Source: Hypanus sabinus (taxonomy: Eukaryota). From it: DNA of 64,000 nt. Position 1 is the stretch's first letter. Each line of letters starts with the position of its first letter. Made by a program: the position numbers and the translations under genes. The stretch spans positions 76,694,001-76,758,000 of the forward strand of contig NC_082717.1 in assembly GCF_030144855.1 (NCBI RefSeq). The letters are read 5' to 3'. Below are positions 1-12,607 of the stretch, one piece after another. Below the pieces are notes generated by a model. That model ran no database searches and was not told the DNA's origin. It worked only from the letters and a program-made list of their open reading frames with translations.

Positions 1-2
1 GA

Positions 3-215
3 TCCACAGGAGTGGATGACTCTGTCCTGCTTCATCAGGACAAACGCTCAGGTTTCATCCTTGGGGCAAATCGGAGCTCAACGTTCAGGCGACCTTCGAG
101 GCAGGTCACTCTGAGGAGTAGAGAGGATTTGCTTCAACTGTCACGCACTCCTGCTGTGTTGAACCTGCCTGCTGGAACCTGTTCTATCAGATTATATGTA
201 CAGAATGTCCTGTGA
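3..215 (+). other. Possible terminal coding exon of an unidentified upstream gene (open frame from window edge to TGA)
   Basis: Unique, relatively GC-rich sequence with a stop-free frame 3-212 (...RSSTFRRPSRQVTLRSREDLLQL...YVQNVL*). Protein not recognised. Confidence 0.2.
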
Positions 216-632
216 CAAAAGTGCCAATTAAATGAACAAGGCCTGTCATGTTCCACTCCTTCGCCCGCAGTCGCATCTACCTGCTCTGTATTAGACTCAC
301 AGTGTTTGTATTACCCTCTAACAGAGGACATCTCTCTGTCCCACATCTGCATGCACTGCTCTGCAGCCCAGTTCTGAGCTAGCACCTACTGGGGAGGTGA
401 AGGTGCAGACATTCCCAGGAAAAGGAATAAGTGCTTTTATTCACCCCTAATTTTGTCTTAAAACTCTGTTACATTATTAAGTTGGCTTCCAGTATTTCAA
501 AACTCTTCAGATGAGAATGCATTGCTGTTGGCATATGGAATACGATTTCTGCAATGAAGGAGCAGCCTAACATCCATCTTTTCCAACATTCATAAATTCC
601 ATCATTGATTGATTTTAAAGAACATCGAATTT

Positions 633-778
633 CAGACAGTCTAGCTCAGGAAGAGTCTCCTGGGCCCATGATGTCTGTGCCAAGTATGATGCCAAATTAA
701 ACTACTCCTTTGCTTGCATGTGATCTATATCCCACCATTCATTGCATAGTCATGTGCTTATCTTAAAGTCTCTTGAAG
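633..778 (-). mobile_element. CR1-type LINE 3' end fragment
   Basis: Resembles the other minus-strand CR1 3' ends in the window (16512, 32016). Boundaries approximate. Confidence 0.55.
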
Positions 779-1140
779 TTTTTGGTAACATGTTGAATGT
801 ATGCAAACTTCTTAAAAAGTGGAGCTGCTGTTGTACCTTCTCTGTGATGGCATTTAAATGCTGGTCCTAGGACTGATATGATAACACTAGGGAATTTAAA
901 GCTACTGACCCTCTCCACTTCTAATCTCCTAATAAGAACTGGCTCATGGACCTCCAGTGTCTTCCTTCTGTAGTCGATAATCAGTTCTTTAGTTTTGCTT
1001 ACATGGAATGAAAGGTTGCTGTGGCACCATTCAACCAGATTTTCAATCTCCCTCCCATAAGCCAATTTGCCGCCAGCTTTGATTTGACAAACAACAGTGG
1101 TATTGTCAGCAAACTTAAGTACAAAGTCAGAGCTGTAGGT
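779..1140 (-). mobile_element. Rex1/Babar-type LINE RT fragment
   Basis: ORF 763-1173 has LKFADNTTVV...AY.REIENLVEWC...SKTKELIIDYRR, homologous to the intact RT at 29824-30930. Confidence 0.75.
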
Positions 1141-1844
1141 AAGGAAATATGAATAACTTGAAGTCCCTTGCACTACAGGACTGTGTTCTTTATAGAGGCC
1201 AGTTCAATATCCAGCAGCTTTCAGCTAATAAGACCAGTCAAGGTAATATGTCAGTCATAGCTGACATTTAAAATTAATTGCTTTGCTGCTAAGTTCAATA
1301 TTGTATCAATAAAAGTGCCAGGGCCATTAAATTAAGGGATTTTTGCACTATTGTATGGTTTGCTGAAAAAGGGCCTTCTGGAATACCAAGGCATTTACCT
1401 GTAATAGTTAACTCCAACCAGAGTCTTGTGAGAGGTCTTTACAAGGCTGAATTGCGAAGACAAAGATTGAAATCATTAATCACTTCTTATTATTCTAAGT
1501 CTGGGAAGTTTTGCCCACTGAAGTTTTTCACTAGCTCAGTGGCAATGAGATATAAATGAAGACAGCTGTCATCCAGGTACGCCCTTAATAAGCAAAATCT
1601 ATAAGCGTCTGCCCTGTTAGGATGTTTCTAGTTTCAAAAATTCACTGGCTACCAATCTTAATATTAATATTCTAATTTAAAATTATACAAGTCGCACATT
1701 ACTCAGGGCTGTAGGAACATTGTCTTCTATGTTTACACCAGGCTTGGGCTGTGGTCGTGCAGAAGTCCAATGAGGAATTTTTAATTAAGGATATCTATTG
1801 TGTATATGTACACTTGATTTTGCCAGTTCAAGTGCCTGATTATC

Positions 1845-1972
1845 TAGTCCTGATGAATGGTCTCAGCCTGAAACATAGGCTCTTTATTCCTCTCCATAGG
1901 TTCTGCCTGACCTGCTGAATTCCTCCAGCATTTTGTATGTGTTACTCTGGATTTCTATAGGATCTCTTGTGT
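1845..1972 (+). mobile_element. Penelope-derived mini-element (degenerate hammerhead plus tail)
   Basis: agtc-CTGATGA-atggtctcagcct-GAAAC-ATA-ggct then ctgcctgacctgctgaattcctccagcattttg, the same tail as the 14381-16065 element. No TSD found. Confidence 0.75.
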
Positions 1973-2563
1973 TGAATCACTTTGTCTCCACGGATGCTGC
2001 TTGACCCTTTGAATTCCCCAGTTAGTTTCTTTTTTTTGCGCTACAGATACCGTTCTATTTCTCTCTACACCACCTTGCTCAGAGCTGAACCCTGTGTCTA
2101 TCCACTACTGCCCCAGGGATCAACCTGCCAATGATCCAGTGAGGTATGATTTTCAAATCAGGGTGTGCTTCCCTGATTGCAGAGATGGCTGAGAGTTTTT
2201 TCTTTCAAGGTAAAATTTCATTGCCATAAAGAGTAGAAACTTCCAACTTCCCTTTAATCAAACACTAAGTTTCACACTCTTTCCTACTCTTTGGCTCAAG
2301 CTCCCCGTCCCTGCCTGGTAGTTGCATCAGTCCTTTCATACAACTGGTTAATTACATTTGCAAAGATTAATCTCTGCTACAGTGGTTACAATGTGTTATA
2401 TTGAACTTCAGTAAGATTTTAGATGTGAAAGCAATTTAAGGAAAGCAGACATTCACTTTCAGATATGCAGTGCTTTAGCTGGGGAAATAAAAGCTTTAAA
2501 AGCTCCCTGCTGTATCCATGTCATCTGTGATCAAACAATTCCTGCAAATCAGTACTTCTCAAA

Positions 2564-3025
2564 GTCTCTCTCTCTCTCCCTCTCATTTTTCATCTTCCTC
2601 TCTCTCCTCTCTCCCTTTCTTCCTCACTCTCCTTCTCCCTTTCCATCTCCTCTTTCCACCTTTCTCTTTCTTCCTCTCTCTCAATTTGTCCCGTCTTGCT
2701 CTCATTCTGCCTGACTATCTTTGTTCCTGTCCATCTACCTTTCTCTCCGGCTGTCTCTCTCCCTGTTCGACTATACCTGTCTTTCTCGGTTTGTCTATCC
2801 ACAAGTTTGCCCCACTGATGGCTTCTCTCTCCGTCTCTCTACCTCCCTCACTCTGCATGTTTACTTGTCTTTCTATCTCCTGTGCTCTATGCCCTTCTCC
2901 TCCCTCTCTACCTGTCTCTGTCTGTCTGTCTCTTTTCAGAATTCATCTGACTGGCACTCTACATCTATCCTTTTCTGTCTCTCTGTCCACTTCTATTTTG
3001 TTCTGTCTATCTGCCTCTGTCCAAT
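2564..3025. repeat. CT-rich low-complexity tract
   Basis: Degenerate (CT)n/(CTGT)n polypyrimidine sequence; explains the S/L/F-rich spurious ORFs. Confidence 0.85.
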
Positions 3026-3876
3026 ACTTTGTCACTTCTTCTATTACCTTTCAACACCTCCAGAATATATAACACATTGCACTTTGGGCTTTTATTCATC
3101 ACAGCATTGATAAACCGTTCTGTTCTACCTCGTGCCTGGACAACTCAGTGTGCACTCATGCAGGAAATTGAACAGAGATCCGTTTATTCCTCTCCACACG
3201 TGAGCTTTTATTGTCCGCTCTGGACTTCACAGGAAGTGAATGGTACCAGGTCACTTGTCCACTTCTTTTCTGTCTGTCTGTCTCTGGCATTTTCTGCTGG
3301 GAAACAGGCCTGGGATCATGATAAAAGATTGACACAAGCCATCCTGATGTGGTGCAGGGCAATGAAATTTGTGTCCCTGCCTTGTGAACAAGATGTTCAC
3401 CGAGCACCAACTGCACTTTTGCTGTGAAACTGTGGAACCTGAGTAACTCAGCCAGTACGTTCAAGTTTCTGCTTACTCAGACCAGCCTGAACTGCCAACA
3501 GAAGAGCTGCATTGAGGTTAGAGCTGGTGGTGGAGCTCTTTCCACAGATCTCTGTATCTTGTTAGAAGCAGAGGCTGATTATGGGTGAAAGCAGCTGCCA
3601 AGTTTCCTCCAGCTGGCACTGGAGGCGGGATGATGAAGTAGACAGGAGGGAGGTTAGGATGATCCCAAAACAATTCAAGAATGACTATGGAAAATTCACC
3701 CATGAAGATTGGTCTGAGGAGAAAAGGCCCAAGAAACCAGGTATATTAAAGGAATGTTCAATGATGACTTTGTGTACCCCTCATCAAAGCCTGATAGTGA
3801 GATGCTTGGTGGATTGTTTGGGCTTCTGGAAAGCATGAGTGAATAGTCAAGGAACTCGAGTATCTCCACTCTTTAG

Positions 3877-4001
3877 GATGACGTCTGCCCTTTCCAGTAT
3901 GGAGGTTGTGACCAGCTTCATTTTGATTTTTTGGAGGATAACATCACGGAACATGTGTTCTTGGCTTTCGTGGTGTATAAACCACGCCACGTGAAACACT
4001 G
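3877..4001 (+). other. Candidate spliced exon (125 nt)
   Basis: Acceptor ctccactctttag|G, donor CTG|gtaagt; one frame open throughout (DDVCPFQYGGCDQLHFDFLEDNITEHVFLAFVVYKPRHVKH). No homology recognised. Confidence 0.3.
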
Positions 4002-4402
4002 GTAAGTGAGCTGCCATGATACTGTTGCAACCGCCCAAGATGGCAGTTTTCATGCCATCTGTACCCTGGACGGCTACTGGCCAGGCTACTGCTGCTCATG
4101 TTGAGAGTGCACTGAGCTGGCTTTTTTTTGTAATTTATTTTTTTATTGAAGTTCATCAAACAAACATTTCCATAAGATGCATTTCAGACATTGTACATAT
4201 ACATCATATAATCATATATATCACAAATCTCCACAGAGTATTTATCTGAGGTATACACTTATAGAAAAGAGTGGAAAGAAAATACAAGCAAAAGGAAAGA
4301 ACTATGTACAAGTAGGGAGTGATCTTTTTTTTTACACCAGATTCATTGATTTGTGAGAATAAAATCAGGCCTATGAGGCATTATATAGTTAAACCATTTT
4401 TC

Positions 4403-7400
4403 TCAGTATGAATCAAATTGTTCCAGCTTATGATTAACAGATGCTGTTATCTTTTCCATTTTGTAAATGTCCATTGTAATTTCCATCCATGTATTTAAAG
4501 TTGGGCTCTCCTGTGATAACCATTTCCTAGTAAGAGTCTTTTTACCAGCCACCAACAGTATATTCATTAAATATTTATCTCTTTTCAACCATTCTTGAGG
4601 TATATATCCAAAATATATGGTCTTACTCTCCAAGGGTATTTCACATTTAAAGATGTCTTGTAGGGCATTGTGTATCCTCCTCCAATAGTTTTTGATAACA
4701 GGGCGGTCCCAAAAAATATGATAATGATTTGCATTTTGATTTCCACAATTTTTCCAGCAAACAGGGAGGTTACTATCATAATTGGATTTCTGAGAGGGTG
4801 TAATAAAATATCTTATCAAGTTTTTCCATCCAAACTCCCTCCATTTCTGTGAATTGGTACACTTCCATTGATATCTCCATATTATTGTCCATTCTTCCTG
4901 AGATATAATTATCCATCCTTCCTTCTCCCATTTTGTTTTAGTGTATGAAGTCGAATGTGTTTTAAGATGTGACAACCCCTTATACATGCTTGAAATGATT
5001 CTACTACCATTATCTGAATTATATGCTTTTCTAAAGAGCTCTATCAAGCATGTATTTGCCTTGGTTATATTTTTAAGTGTCTTATTAACATATTATCACA
5101 TCTGTAAATATCGATAAAAATCTTGTTTTTCTAATAAGTGTTTCTCTTTAAGCATTTCAAAACGGAACAGTGTTCCTTCTTTCATTATGTTGCAAAGAAC
5201 TGTTATTCCTTTAGCTGTCCAGTCCTTAAATCTAGCATCCAATTTATTTGGTGAAAAATCAGAGTCATATGCACACCATTTAAGAGTTGCGCTATCTCCC
5301 TCTAGATTATATTCTTTTATAGTGGTTTTCCATATTTTAAGAGTCAATTTCACCCATGGATTATCAATAGTATTTATGTACCTTTGCAGGTTGTTATCAG
5401 CCAAAATTGCTTGTATGGGGATGGGAAGTACCCGCTCCTCAATGTTTTTCCATTGAGCGTCATATGATGGGTTGCACCAACATACCACAGCTCTCAACTG
5501 TGCTGCAAAATAATAATCTCTAAGAGAAGGCAAGCCCCATCCCCCCTTTTCCTTTGCTAATTGCAAAGTTTTGAGACAAACTCTGGCCTTTTACCCTGCC
5601 AAATATACCTTGATAGCATCTTGTTCCATTCATTGAATTGATTTTGATTAATCTCTGTTGGTAGGGTCTGAAAGAGATATAACAGTATATTCATTTTAAT
5701 AGACTCAATCCTTGAACTGAGACTGAAAAAAGGAATCAGGCTCCATTTTGCCACATCTTCCTTAATTTTTTTATATAGAGGCTGATAATTACATTCTGAT
5801 AATTTTGTCAAATCTTTTGGCATAATGATGCCCAAATATTTGAAAGACCCTGTGTGCCATGCCCAGGGGTATTGACTTTCAATTAATCTTGGTGGGCTAT
5901 AGTAATATGAAAGTAATTGGGTTTTATCTATGTTGATCTTGTATCCTGATAATTGACCATATTGTTCAAAGGATTGCTTCAAATTAGGTAAACAGTACGT
6001 TGGTTGCCCTAGATAGATCAAAATGTCATCCGCATAACAAGCCAATTTATGCTCTGTCCCTTTAATAGTAATTCCCCTGATATCTTCATTTTGTCTGATG
6101 TATTGAGCTAATGGTTCCAGATATAGCGCAAAGAGTAGTGGTGACCATGCACAACCCTGTCTCATGCCCCTTTTTGGGTTAAGACTATTTGATAAATATC
6201 CATTGATTTTAATCCTAGCAGTAGGATTGTCATATAGTGTCTGTATAGTTTTAATAATTGTGTCTTGGAAACCAAATCTATGTAAAACTCTGTAAAGAAA
6301 ATTCCAATTAACCGAATCAAATGCTTTTTCAGCATCCATGCTTATCACTATTGCTTCGATTTTATTTTTTTGTATATGATCCATAATGTGAGGTGTCCTT
6401 CGTATATTGTCTTGAGTCTGGTGTTGTCATATAAAATCTGTCTGATCATTATGTATCAGTATGGGTAGAAACTCCTCTAATAGTTTGGCCATGATGGAGG
6501 TAAATAACTTATAATCTACATTAAGAACAGATATTGGTCTAAATGACCCGCATTCCATTTTATCCTTGTCTTCTTTCGGTATTGATGCGCCATCAATAAC
6601 TCTTGGAGACATGAGGCGAGATATAGGCTTTTATTCGCTGGAAGAAAGAACAAGCAGCAAGTGACCACCACACAACATCTGGGAGACTGAAGAAGGGGCT
6701 GTGCCTCCAATTGTCTTAATACAGGGCTTTGTGGGAGGAGCCACAGTCTGTGGGAGGAGCCATAGGAGCAGTCAGCAGGGGTGGGGCGTGTTCAGACAGG
6801 TATATGTAGTTCACCACAGGTATAGCTGAGATTATCACTTCCTTCCAACTGGGTGGCATTTGTGCCTTTTTTAGAGCCCAGTTCAGTGAGGGGAGTAAAA
6901 CAGGAATTAACTGATGTTTAAATTCTTTGTACCACTCTGCTGTATACCCATCTGATCCTGGTGACTTGCTTAATTTAAGCCTACTAATTGCAGCTTTTAA
7001 TTCAACTTCAGTTATGTCAGCAGTCATCCTTCTATTTTATTCTTCGCTTAAAGTGGGTAACTCTAGAGAATTCAAGAAGGTGTCAATTTGGGTTATGCTT
7101 CCGCTTGGAACTTTGGAATATAGCGTTTTGTAAAACACTTCAAAAGCTTCTTGAATTTCACTTAGCATATTTTTTTTTATCATTTTCATTCTTGGGTCCC
7201 TAATTCTATGAATTGTATTTTCTGCTATCTTTTTTTTTCAGTTTCCATGCCAGTATTTTCATAGATTTCGATTCACTTTCATAATGTCTCTGTTTCAGAA
7301 ACATTAAGTATTTCCTGATTTCTTGCGTGGCCAAATTATTTATTTCATTCCTAATTCTTTTAATTTCCCCTAATGTATCCTGTGCTAAATTCAATTTGTG

Positions 7401-8374
7401 TTTTTTCTCAAGTTCCTTCAGTCTATTTTGTAATTCCTCTAATGTTTTATTCCTTATTTTTTTCTTATATGAAGATATCGCTATAATTTTCCCTCTTAAG
7501 ACTGCCTTCAGAGTATCCCATAAAATGGGAGGTGACACCTCTCCATTATCATTAAATTCTAAGTAGAGACCAATTTCTTTTTTAATTTGTTCCTTATAGT
7601 ACAGATCATTGAGTAGACTTGAAATTAGTTTCCAAATAATATTGGTTGTAGGTCAAAATCAATAGATAAATATATAGGTGCATGGTCACTTGCATCTATT
7701 GTCCCAATTCCACAGGTGTTTATTTTGTCTTTGTCTTTTCCAAATGTTATGAAATAGTCTATTCTTGTATATACAGAATGTGGAGCAGAATAATGAGTGT
7801 GATCCCTTCTGTCAGGGAAAAGGTCCCTCCATATATTAATTAAACCAACATCCTCAAATGTATTAACTTTCTTATGTAAAGATTTTGTTTCATAGGTTTT
7901 TCTATTGGAAGAGTCTAAATTTGGTTGTAATTGTAAATTTAAGTCTCCCCCACATATCAGGAGACCTTCTGTTTCAGTTACCATAATATCAGTAATTTTC
8001 TGAAAGAAACCAATATCACTTCCCAGAGGTGCATACATAGTCAATAGAGTAACTGAATTGCTGTCTATATTCCCCCTTACCAGAATATATCTGCCTACTT
8101 TATCTCCCATTTCAAATATTTTTTCAAAATTTAGCTTACTTGAGATAAGTATAGCAACTCCTCTCCTATGTCCTGATTTATATGAGGAGGAAAACAGATT
8201 AGTGAAGCCCATTCTCTTTAGTTTTTTATACTCATTATCACTTAAATGAGTTTCCTGTAAATATACTACATGGGCTTGTTCTTTATTCATTTTGGATAAC
8301 ATTCTCTTACGCTTGATTGGATTTAATAGCCCATTTACATTAAAAGAAATGAATTTTACCTTGTCCTTAGCCAT
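4403..8374 (-). pseudogene. L1 ORF2 (APE endonuclease + reverse transcriptase), frameshifted and interrupted
   Basis: SFNVNGL...YLQETHL...GGDLN...RIDY...SDHAP (APE); FRPISVLNVDYK, DAEKAFD, GMRQGC, YADD, FKYLG (RT); CWKNC...HYHIFWD at the C-terminus. Confidence 0.92.
6583..6818 (-). mobile_element. Solo LTR (236 bp) inserted in L1 ORF2
   Basis: TG...CA ends; 5-bp TSD GGTAT (6578-6582, 6819-6823); AATAAA on minus strand. Excision rejoins ...[10 protein letters not shown]|KEDKDK... Confidence 0.88.
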
Positions 8375-8639
8375 TTGTATTTATGTGTCAATGTATCATT
8401 GAAATTAGAATAAAACTTAATTGATCTACTCCCTGAACAAATAAGAATCAAGAAACACAAATAATAACAAAAATGGCAACGAACGTGTGATTCCAAGGCT
8501 GAGGAGTCTAGTAAATGACCTTCCATTGAGCTAGAGGAGATGTCTAACTGTGGGGGATAACCCCTCCTATTTGTGAGTTGAGGGCCCCCATTGCAGTATT
8601 CGTAAAAGTCAGTGAACAAATCCATTACACAGAAAAGAT

Positions 8640-8771
8640 NNNNNNNNNNNNNNNNNNNNNNNNNNNNNNNNNNNNNNNNNNNNNNNNNNNNNNNNNNNNN
8701 NNNNNNNNNNNNNNNNNNNNNNNNNNNNNNNNNNNNNNNNNNNNNNNNNNNNNNNNNNNNNNNNNNNNNNN
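8640..8771. other. Assembly gap (N run)
   Basis: 132 consecutive N in the L1 inter-ORF spacer. Confidence 0.99.
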
Positions 8772-8949
8772 AGGAGTAAGTGAGCAAATAAAGAACAACA
8801 ACTAAGTAATATAAAATCCACATTATAATAAGTATTTCTCGAGATAGGTATATCACTATGTACTTTTGCTTCTGTTTAACTTCTCAGCATTTTTAAAGTT
8901 AGCCAAACCTTATGGCTCTTCTGAAAGAGGTGAGGACTGTCTTTGGGAA

Positions 8950-9845
8950 ACTCCCAGTCTCTTCCTGATATGTTTCTCTCAGCTTCCTCCCGTCTCCTGC
9001 CTTCTCGATTCTCACACTACTTCCCAAGCCTAGTGAGACAATTCCTCAGCCAGGCTTTCTTTCGTTTTGGTCATGCTGACGGACAACCCTCCGGCCTTCA
9101 TGTCTGTAGTCACCTCTTCCACTGCCTGGTACAACCACGTCCCGTTGTCATAAAACACTCAAAATTTAGCAGGGTACGGAGTTTGAAATCTAATCTTATT
9201 TTGCTTTAGTACTCGCTTTACTTCGGAGTATTCTTTGCGTTTCTGGAGGACCGCGGGGGGGGGGTGGGGTGGTAATCTTGGTCGAAATATATTAATTTAT
9301 CCTCTAAAAACACTCTCTTCTTACCCCAGGCCCTTCATAGAATGTCCGCCTTGGTGCTGTACCGAAGGAATTTAATTATAATTGATCGTGGCTTTCTATC
9401 CAGGGTAGGTTTTGGGACTAGCGCGCGGTGCGTTTGCTCGATTTCCAGCTTCATAGCCAGGGGAAGATCCAGCAGTAACTTTCTGACAAACTCCGTCATA
9501 GAAGAGCCCTCCGCTCCTTCGGGAACATTGTAGATTCTGATATTTTTCCGCCGTGATCTTCCCTGCAGGTCAAGCAGTTTACCTTCTTGGTGATGTATGA
9601 TTTTTATTGTCTTGCTCAGTATCCGTTCCACGTTTTGAACGTGATCTTCCACCTTCTCAGTGTGAGTCTCTGCCATTGCTATTTTTTGATTAACGCTGGC
9701 AAGCTCTGCCTTAATATCACGGAGCTGCTGCTTTATATCTTTCTGGACCTTCATTATTTCTTTCAGGATTTCGAACATATTCGCTGCTTCGTCTGAACGA
9801 GGCCCAGCGCCTGCCTCACTCGCACGCAGTCGGGTCGGAGAGCCG
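8950..9845 (-). pseudogene. L1 ORF1 (coiled coil + RRM), disrupted
   Basis: Heptad-rich segment then GRSRRKNIRIYNVPE...EIEQTHR...PRSIIIKFLRY. C-terminal boundary approximate. Confidence 0.85.
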
Positions 9846-11092
9846 CTGAGCTGGCTTTTTAAGGCCAAACATGGGTCCAAGTTACTGTCAGGGTCTACTA
9901 CCTACTCATGTTGGAGCAATATGAAACCATGAAGCCAAACACCAAGTGAAATAGAAAGACTAGATAAATGCATGAGGATGGTTAGTGGATACTTGAATGT
10001 TCTTTTGCCATATTTGAATCAATACATTTCAGGACAATGATTGGTGTCGGGTTTTACTCCCATTGTAGTTCTGTTGACCTAATGGTAGACTAGTTGAATG
10101 GGAAGTCACCAAGAGATTAGAATCTAAGTATTAGATGCTCTTGTTCTAGATACCCAGGAAAGGCTGCTATCATCTTCCTCCTCTTCCTCTTCCTGGGCGA
10201 GTTACTGCAATGTTTTTTGTAGATGGTGCGCATTATAGCCACAATGCAGTGTGGTGAAGGGGCTGAATAATTATGGACCAATCAGTTGGACCTCTTTGCT
10301 CTGTCCACTGGATATTTTTGTATATGGGTGACAAATTTGCTTGAATTTTTATGGTGTTCACATAAGTAAACACTGGAAAATTGTAGCCACTATCGATGGC
10401 TTTTACCACAGACTCCTTCCCTTGCTGGTGATTCCATCAGTGCCAATGGGCAGTCTCAGGCTATACCTTTAGTGTCTGCCTCATGACCTTTGTAGCCTCG
10501 GCGATGCTTGTTTTCAATGGATGTGGAAGGTTAAAATTGGAGCTTAATTCCCTTCCACTGTCTCCCTTGAACGAACATGAAATCCAAGGAAAAGAATATC
10601 TTAAATTAACTTTATCACTGGAAAGACCTAACTTATAATTGTGGACCAAATCATCACATCTTTCAGCACCTGAACTTGCCTGTTACTCTTTAACTGGTGC
10701 TGCAATTGTTCTAATTTGACGTTCAAAGAGAGTACAGTACATGCCTGTCGTCCCTCTATATAGAACTGAGTTAAATAAAATTTAAAGGAATTGCATGCAG
10801 CTTCCATCCTTGTTTAGTTTGACTTTATCCAAAACAAAATGCTGGAAAACAGGATTTGTTGGACTGTATATTATATATTTTTACTGATTGTTTCTCCCTT
10901 ACAATATTGATTCATCAATCCTTAGGACTTGGTCATTTTTAATTAACAACAAGTTTGAAGATGGTCCTTGTAGCAATGCAGTCATAGTTTTACAAGGAAA
11001 ATCCACTGAGTACATCCGTCATCCATCATTGATGAAAAATTGATGGAAGTCAGAGGAGACTTGCCAAATTTCTTTGGCGTCCTGAAGAAGTA

Positions 11093-12605
11093 CCGTAAAT
11101 TCCAGACTATAAGCCGCTACTTTTTCCCCACGCTTTGAACACTGCAGCAACACTGCGGCCTATACTACGGTGCGGCTAATGCATGTTTTTTTTCATGCCG
11201 CCAAAAACATTTTGCCTCGTAACAGTAGACTGTTATGAATCCCGTAAGTGGAGAACTTACCAGCAAAGATAGAGAGGTCCGTTGAAGTCTGATGTCACTA
11301 TTTTCAAACATTTTATTTATAAAGGGACACAAAAGTAGGGTTAATACATACATTCAGATAGTGCACATCGTCAACACTCAATCTAAAGCGCGGGTATATT
11401 AATAATCATCATTAAGTGAGCTCTGCTGTTGTCTAGGGGTTAATAGATTGTCCGTTGGAAATATAAAAGTCACTCAGAAGTCTGCAGGCCTCAGCCCTTT
11501 GAAAATCGCTGGGTTTCACGTGGGGCGACCGAGAGAGAGAGATTGGGGAGAAGAGAAAGAACTTGCCGAATCTTGATGAATCTTCCGTGAAATCGGGGGA
11601 GCGTTGGTTTCCTCTCCCCGATGTGAGTTAAAAGCAGTTTTCTGTGATTTCAGCCACAAATTCCAATCCCGGAATCTAACGCACGTGGCTTCCTTCAGAA
11701 TGGCTTCCCGCTGCTGCGGGATCACTCTCGTGTCTTCTTGGTGCTTCCGAAGGGGCTGACCCCCTGAGACTCTCCTCTATACTTCCTCATGGGGTCGCAG
11801 GAGTCAGTCAGGTTGGGATGATGCAGTCTCTCTCTCAACCAGCCCACCTTGCCCGAGGGTTTTTCACGTGGTCTCCATGAGACAATAGTCGCTGTCGCCT
11901 TATTCTGTATCCCGGGTGGAACGTGCAATTTGGCACATTTTTCTCTCTCTCTCTCTCTCCTACTGGGTCTACTGAACCCCCCCCCCCACCCCGATGGGTG
12001 CTCTTGCGATTCTCACAAAGGAGGGGGCTGGGATCATAGCAAGACCAATAAAATTGATGAGTAGTTCACAGAGGTCCAATGAAATTGTACGATAAATCAA
12101 GCGCACTTTCACAATTAAATTATTGTAAGTCAGTCATTTGTACTCACCCTCATCAACATGGAAAACACTCGAAGAAAAGCATATGATGCAGCTTTTAAGT
12201 TAAAGGCGATCAATAACTTTTCCTGGTAGGCTGCAGTATATATATTTTTTTACTAGTCGTTAGGAGATATTGGAATGTTGTTCGTGCACTGTTCAGTAAA
12301 AAAGTATAGGCAACGTAATTTGTGTGTTACCGATACGTATGTATATTTAAAAGTAGCTGTGTTACAGGCACTGTTCGAAAAAAAGCATTTGCAATATGTA
12401 TTTGTTTATGTTACAATACGGATTTAATTAAAAGTTAAAAAATCCTCATGTGTAATATCTTTCTGTGTAAATATCTCATATTACAATGTGGGACACCTGC
12501 GGCTTAAAATCCGGTGCGGCTTGTACAAGTACAAAATTGATTTTCTTTCTAAAATTAGAGCGTGCGGCTTTTAATCAGGTGCGCTCTGTAGTCCGGAATC
12601 TACGG
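11093..12605 (+). mobile_element. Non-autonomous pogo-type (Tc1/mariner superfamily) DNA transposon
   Basis: TA TSDs (11091-92, 12606-07); TIRs CCGTAAATTCCAGACTATA / reverse complement CCGTAGATTCCGGACTACA; transposase N-terminal remnant MENTRRKAYDAAFKLKAI at 12158-12211. Confidence 0.85.
11231..12041 (-). mobile_element. Solo LTR (811 bp) nested in the pogo element
   Basis: TGTTATGA...TCATAGCA ends; 4-bp TSD AGAC (11227-30, 12042-45); homologous to 40207-41022. Confidence 0.85.
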
Positions 12606-12607
12606 TA

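Larger units (their letters stand above)
4127..9845 (-). mobile_element. L1-clade LINE, near full length, 5'-truncated in ORF1, decayed
   Basis: ORF1, APE, RT and C-terminal Cys/His motif in order. A-rich tail near 4127-4148. 15-bp TSD CTGAGCTGGCTTTTT at 4112-4126 and 9846-9860, the right copy followed by AA. Confidence 0.95.

Noticed and set aside
2518-3110. Long S/L/F-rich and E/R-rich ORFs
   Set aside because: By-products of the CT-rich low-complexity tract.
3886-3912. FQYGGC as a Kunitz-domain signature
   Set aside because: The following GN.N.F motif and the remaining Kunitz cysteines are absent.
8356-8856. ORFs spanning the N run
   Set aside because: Artefacts of the assembly gap.
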